DNA from: a bacterium
GTDB taxonomy: Bacteria; Patescibacteriota; Dojkabacteria; SC72
DNA length: 48,654 bases
Reading direction: 5' to 3'
NCBI GenBank assembly: GCA_021108295.1
Contig: JAIORF010000102.1
Coordinates: 176,027 to 224,680 of the forward strand
The notes beneath the pieces were generated by a model. It saw nothing but the letters and a program-made list of their open reading frames with translations. It made no database searches and had not been told where the DNA came from. Position 1 is the stretch's first letter. Every line of letters begins with the position of its first letter. Position numbers and translations under genes: made by a program. This document shows, one piece after another, positions 44,803-48,654 of the stretch.

Positions 44803-45426
44803 ATGATTGATAGAAAGAAGGTTGAGAAGAAGTTAGTGTTTGTATTTCCTTTTGTATTTGTTGTAGGTATGTGTGTGTTAAGGATTGTGTATTATCCTCT
44901 TTATGAGGTTATTGGTTTAGAGGATGGTTTGGTTGAGTGGTTACAGTTTTTCTTTTATCTTGTGTCTGGTATTTTAGCGTTTCAGGTTGCTTTAAGGAGT
45001 AGGATGGAGAGTAGGTTTGTGTTTGTTTTGTATTTATTACTTGCTTTGGTTCTAATATTTATTGCTTTTGAAGAGATTAGTTGGGGTCAGAGGTTATTTG
45101 AGGATAATTCACTTAGTGTTTTTGAGAGTAATGTTCAGGGTGAGAGTAATTTGCATAATATTGAAGGTGTTCATGGTTTAATTGGGTATGGATATTTGGG
45201 GGTTTGTTTTTATGGTTGTTTTAGTTGGTTGTTGTCTTTTGTTAGGATTAAAAGGGATTTGTTAAAATTTCTTATTGTTCCTCCTATTCTTATCCCCTAC
45301 TTTGTATTTTTAACTATTAATTTGTTAAATCCAGTATGGTTTGCTCCACAGGATTACGAGTTGGTAGAGTTAATATTGTCAATGGGGGTTGTGTTGTTTT
45401 TGTGGTATAGGTTAGAGGGGGATTAA
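44803..45426 (+). CDS. Polytopic membrane protein of unknown function (EDGxxE / EEISWGQR / QGExNLHN motifs)
   Basis: About 6 TM segments with conserved-looking polar motifs. Promoter TTGTAA-17-TACAAT lies 6 nt before ATG 44803. Confidence 0.7.
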   Translation: MIDRKKVEKKLVFVFPFVFVVGMCVLRIVYYPLYEVIGLEDGLVEWLQFFFYLVSGILAFQVALRSRMESRFVFVLYLLLALVLIFIAFEEISWGQRLFEDNSLSVFESNVQGESNLHNIEGVHGLIGYGYLGVCFYGCFSWLLSFVRIKRDLLKFLIVPPILIPYFVFLTINLLNPVWFAPQDYELVELILSMGVVLFLWYRLEGD

Positions 45427-46265
45427 TAGCTCGTGTCGTCTAGGGTTGTAATTATAAGTCTTTGATAGGGGTTACTTGTAAAATATATTAGTTGTCCAGA
45501 GATATTTTCTATGTATGGATAGTTAGTTTTGAAGAGTTCAAGATATTTTATTACTTGTTTGTAGTGAAGTGATTGTTGGTGTCTGGGGTAGTCGTTAGGG
45601 TCGCCTAGTTTGAATTCATATAGGGTTGCGGTTTTCTTAGAGTATTCAAGAGCATCACAGAATCCGCTTGTTAGTTTGATTTCTTCATTATCAATGAGTT
45701 TGCCTTTTAGGAACACATTGTTTTGCATTTCATCATTTTGTTCAAAATACCAGAGTAAGAAGCTAGTAAGGTATTCTTCTATATTGTTGTCAATATATGG
45801 TTTTAGATTTTCAATTTGTAGAAATCTTAAGATGGGGAAAAGGGGTGGTTGTAGTTCGGCTTTGTCTGGTTTTGGAAATTTTGTAGGATTAAAGTTTGGG
45901 TGTCCAAGGATATTCCATCCTTCTTGTTCGGTAGGATTATTGAGGAAACTTTGAGCGTATGGTGATGTGTAGTAATTTTGAGTAAGGATGTCTTCTAGGA
46001 AATGAGTAGGATTAAATCTAGGGTTTTGCCATTGTTGTTCAAAATCTTGATTGAATTCGCGAAGGGAGCCTATTTGGGATATTAGGTCGTTCATAAGTAG
46101 GGATAGCATTTGTTTGGGTTTAAGATGGTCTCCGTTGTTTTCTACTTCTTTGTTTGGGTCTTCACATGGGTATGGGTTATCTGGGTTTCGTGGTGGTCTT
46201 CGAGAGGGAGGGGGTGCTTTTGGTGTAGTATATTCTTTTGTTGAGAATAGTTCTGGCGTTGGCAT
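45423..46265 (-). CDS. Standalone PD-(D/E)XK (RecB-like) nuclease-domain protein with a Pro-rich N-terminus
   Basis: C-terminal SGFCDAL..TLYEFK..HYKQVIKY..GQLIYF pattern (GxxD, ExK, QxxxY). Confidence 0.65.
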   Translation of the reverse strand: MPTPELFSTKEYTTPKAPPPSRRPPRNPDNPYPCEDPNKEVENNGDHLKPKQMLSLLMNDLISQIGSLREFNQDFEQQWQNPRFNPTHFLEDILTQNYYTSPYAQSFLNNPTEQEGWNILGHPNFNPTKFPKPDKAELQPPLFPILRFLQIENLKPYIDNNIEEYLTSFLLWYFEQNDEMQNNVFLKGKLIDNEEIKLTSGFCDALEYSKKTATLYEFKLGDPNDYPRHQQSLHYKQVIKYLELFKTNYPYIENISGQLIYFTSNPYQRLIITTLDDTSY

Positions 46266-46307
46266 GTTGTAAGTGTTTGTCGGTTAATTTATTGTATGAG
46301 TGTTTCT

Positions 46308-46360
46308 TCTATACCCTTGTAGTGATGTTTGTAACAATTAGTTACATACAAGGGTATAGA
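46308..46360. repeat. Long bulged inverted repeat (14-bp outer and 6-bp inner stems)
   Basis: TCTATACCCTTGTA (46308-21) / TACAAGGGTATAGA (46347-60) is perfect; inner TGTAAC-AATTA-GTTACA; one-sided 8-nt bulge. Confidence 0.9.
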
Positions 46361-46377
46361 GGGTGGGGTCTTTGTTG

Positions 46378-46632
46378 TTATAGAGTTTCTATGTAGTCTT
46401 TAATATCTTGTTCTTCCCAGCGACAACCTCGAGTAATCTTTCCTGCAGGGTGTATCACCTGAGTTACTCGGCTTGGCAAGAGGAGGAGTATGTGACTTAA
46501 TATTGTGTGTATCTCATTAAGATCCTCGCTCCAATAAAAGCTGAGAGCAGGTTTTTCAAGAGCAGTTAACTGTGCTAGAAGGTTCTCCAGTCTTTCCTTT
46601 CTTAATTTCCGTGCTTTTCTTGACTCCTTCAT
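46378..46632 (-). CDS. Hypothetical 84-aa protein
   Basis: AGGAG Shine-Dalgarno 6 nt upstream of the ATG and a basic helical N-terminus. No family recognised. Confidence 0.5.
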   Translation of the reverse strand: MKESRKARKLRKERLENLLAQLTALEKPALSFYWSEDLNEIHTILSHILLLLPSRVTQVIHPAGKITRGCRWEEQDIKDYIETL

Positions 46633-46762
46633 TTTTTCTCCTATATCTATTTTTTAATGACCAATGATCAACAAAGAACTCCATCACATTATACTATAGG
46701 TTCTGTATAATTTCATCTTTTATATATTAAGATATCGTCGCCTAGTATGTTATCATATATCT

Positions 46763-47443
46763 ATGGATATTAAACCCTACTTTTATTTCATCGGTACTAC
46801 CATATTTTTACCCATATGGATTTTACTTTTTGTTAAAAAAGAAAACAGAAAAGATATGTTACTTGTAGGAATCCTTGCAGGGATAATGGCAATAATCGCG
46901 GATGAGTTGTACTCAAGTAAGGATTATTGGAACCCTGTGTCCATATTCTCTAAGTTCCCATTTGAATCTTTTTATTATGGTTTTATATTTGGTGGTATTG
47001 GAACAGAATTTTATGAATTAGTATTCGGAAAAAGAAACTCGAAAAAGAGGATGTATTCAACAAGAATAATATGGTTGTTGATTTTTGCTATTATTACTGT
47101 ATTATCATTTGTAGTAACAGTTAATATTCTTGGGTTAAACTCAGTAATTGCGTGTCTTGTAGCTCCTCTTATAAATGGTGTAATTGTCGCAGTGATTAGA
47201 AAAGATCTCTTTATCCCTCAGTTATGGAATGGCTTGTTTATAATGACACTTACATTTATTATGTTTCAAGTTTTGTTATTAATTAATTCTAACCTTTTTT
47301 CTGAATATTGGATGTTGGAAAATTTAAGTCAGATATTTTTATTAAATATACCTTTGGAAGAATATCTTTTTGGTTTCTTTGTTGGGTTTGGTACATGTAA
47401 TTTGTATGAGTTTTTATTTGGGTATTCGATAGTAAAGAATTAA
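46763..47443 (+). CDS. Membrane protein with tandem lycopene-cyclase (CrtYc/d-like) domains
   Basis: Two repeats: YWNP..FSKFPFESFYYGFIFG and YWML..FLLNIPLEEYLFGFFVG. TGTTATCAT lies 6 nt upstream. Confidence 0.7.
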   Translation: MDIKPYFYFIGTTIFLPIWILLFVKKENRKDMLLVGILAGIMAIIADELYSSKDYWNPVSIFSKFPFESFYYGFIFGGIGTEFYELVFGKRNSKKRMYSTRIIWLLIFAIITVLSFVVTVNILGLNSVIACLVAPLINGVIVAVIRKDLFIPQLWNGLFIMTLTFIMFQVLLLINSNLFSEYWMLENLSQIFLLNIPLEEYLFGFFVGFGTCNLYEFLFGYSIVKN

Positions 47444-47617
47444 TACATATGGGTTACCTAGAGAGATAGTAAAGAGAGGGAGTCATAAAAATCTAATGAA
47501 TGGTAGTGGTATAGATTCAGATTCTTGGAAGTTGCAAACAGAAGCAATGGGGAGATAGTACTGCGCATTTATTTATTATTTGTGTATACTTAAGTATTAA
47601 CTTTATACATATTATTT

Positions 47618-48349
47618 ATGAAAGAGTTTCTTAAGAAGCATAAAAAGCTTTTAGTTATCCTCCTTATTGTCTTTTTGGTAATTGGTACGGGAGTAGGAAT
47701 ATATTTCATTTTCTTTAATGATGTAGAGCTAGATAGTAACGTTGAGAAAGACTCTGTCGTTGTGGAAGATGCTACTCCAGAGGAATTAACTCCAGAACCT
47801 AGTTATGTTCTGAAATCTAGTAAAGATGCAATGCTTGCTACCTATACAGAAGCAAAGACATGGTCTAGTGATGTTAAGTTGTATGAATGTTCTGGTTTAA
47901 CTATTTCCTCGGTACAATATCCAGATGTCACATACTACTTTCTAGGTAGTGATAGTGGTAGCTATTCTAAATGGATTTGTACATACTACTCTAAGAGTAA
48001 AGGACAAACTTCAGCATATTTGTATGAAGAAGGTGTAGTGGATAGTAATGTGGAGCCAATGGATATTGGAGGGTTTGGTAGTTCTATATATGATTCTGTG
48101 TCATATCCAACCAATTTCGGAAATGTTGTGGATTCTACAGTGATATATGCTAGTGCAGTAGAGAATGGTTTGGATATAGAGAAGAATTTTGTCAATATGT
48201 ATTTGGGTGATGAGGTTGATCATGGCTATGTCTGGAAAGTAGATGAGAGGAGTAGGACAGAACAGGATGAGTTTGGTACAGGACTTCTTTTAAATACGTA
48301 TGTATTTGATATTTATAGTGGTAGTCTTAAGACTATCTTAAAAGACTAA
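47618..48349 (+). CDS. Membrane-anchored acidic surface protein, unknown function
   Basis: Basic N-terminus, one TM, acidic linker and a globular domain with two Cys. Confidence 0.65.
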   Translation: MKEFLKKHKKLLVILLIVFLVIGTGVGIYFIFFNDVELDSNVEKDSVVVEDATPEELTPEPSYVLKSSKDAMLATYTEAKTWSSDVKLYECSGLTISSVQYPDVTYYFLGSDSGSYSKWICTYYSKSKGQTSAYLYEEGVVDSNVEPMDIGGFGSSIYDSVSYPTNFGNVVDSTVIYASAVENGLDIEKNFVNMYLGDEVDHGYVWKVDERSRTEQDEFGTGLLLNTYVFDIYSGSLKTILKD

Positions 48350-48370
48350 GAAGACTGGAGGGGATAATTA

Positions 48371-48637
48371 TTATCTACCCCATTTCCATGTCACTTCTTC
48401 CTCTGTTCTGTTTTGCAGAATTGGATTTATTGCAAGCATAAAGATTATAAGATCAAGGACAAATCTAAAACCTTCTTTAGTAGTTGGTCCAGGATCTAGA
48501 TCAAAAAAGTTGTTTATGTATAAGGATAGAGCTAGTACAGCGATGATAATTAGTACACATATCCATCCCTCCCATGTTATTGGATAGTATCCATAACCGT
48601 AGGATTTTGGTATGAACCAGTATTTATTTAGTTTCAT
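48371..48637 (-). CDS. Small 2-TM membrane protein (WFxxKxYGxGxxPxTWEGW motif)
   Basis: Aromatic-rich N-terminal motif followed by two hydrophobic helices. Confidence 0.65.
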   Translation of the reverse strand: MKLNKYWFIPKSYGYGYYPITWEGWICVLIIIAVLALSLYINNFFDLDPGPTTKEGFRFVLDLIIFMLAINPILQNRTEEEVTWKWGR

Positions 48638-48654
48638 TTTATCGAAATATGAAA

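Noticed and set aside
45423-46265. Cas4 or CRISPR association for the nuclease
   Set aside because: It lacks the Fe-S Cys cluster, and no cas genes or repeat-spacer array are seen anywhere.
46308-46385. Integron attC site (CTATAAC at the stop codon followed by a hairpin)
   Set aside because: There is no matching terminal GTTRRRY box pairing with the AAC box, and no integrase in the window.
46556-46684. 42-codon ORF (MEFFVDHW...) overlapping the 84-aa ORF in another frame
   Set aside because: TATAAT is only 3 nt upstream, it has no recognisable features, and the 84-aa ORF has a proper SD.
47496-47558. 20-codon ORF MNGSGIDSDSWKLQTEAMGR
   Set aside because: The SD-like run is too far upstream, there is no -10 at leaderless distance, and no other support.
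502-48195. Many short ORF-track entries antisense to or nested within long genes (e.g. 2445-2771, 20537-20926, 25114-25602, 34621-35175)
   Set aside because: They are shadow frames of well-supported genes, with no motifs and no own start signals.
1-48654. Inteins, introns, frameshifts, IS elements or rRNA
   Set aside because: All recognised genes have normal lengths and continuous motifs, and no transposase or rRNA-like sequence was seen.

Overview
Low-GC, compact bacterial chromosomal segment read with genetic code 11. The gene content and style fit a Patescibacteria/CPR organism, possibly Dojkabacteria-like; this taxonomy is inference only. I call about 52 CDS and 3 tRNAs. Most are housekeeping: thrS-infC-rpmI-rplT-pheS-pheT, tyrS, recG, rarA, RNA-modification genes, a split dcw cluster (mraZ-rsmH-ftsL-ftsI-mraY, murF, ftsW-murG-murB-murA), pyk, prs, def, miaB, secG and typA. 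An accessory tail runs from about 38.7 kb. No rRNA, CRISPR array, transposase or integrase is seen. The best candidate for an undescribed system is an orphan MazF/PemK-fold toxin gene (42353-42757, minus). It has no protein antitoxin, its last codons form a double hairpin, and a near-consensus promoter (TTGACA-16-TGnTATACT) faces it with no gene to serve, suggesting an RNA-antitoxin module. Other notable points: pervasive -10 boxes 5-10 nt upstream of ATG (leaderless mRNAs), a RelA-like RSH with a dead hydrolase, an unannotated 36-aa membrane peptide coupled to recG, a cytidylate-kinase-like protein lacking the Walker A Lys, a VWC-like Cys-motif surface protein, and a standalone PD-(D/E)XK nuclease behind a long hairpin. 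Several starts were moved from the ORF track using homology and promoter spacing. All calls are from motif reading; no database searches were run.
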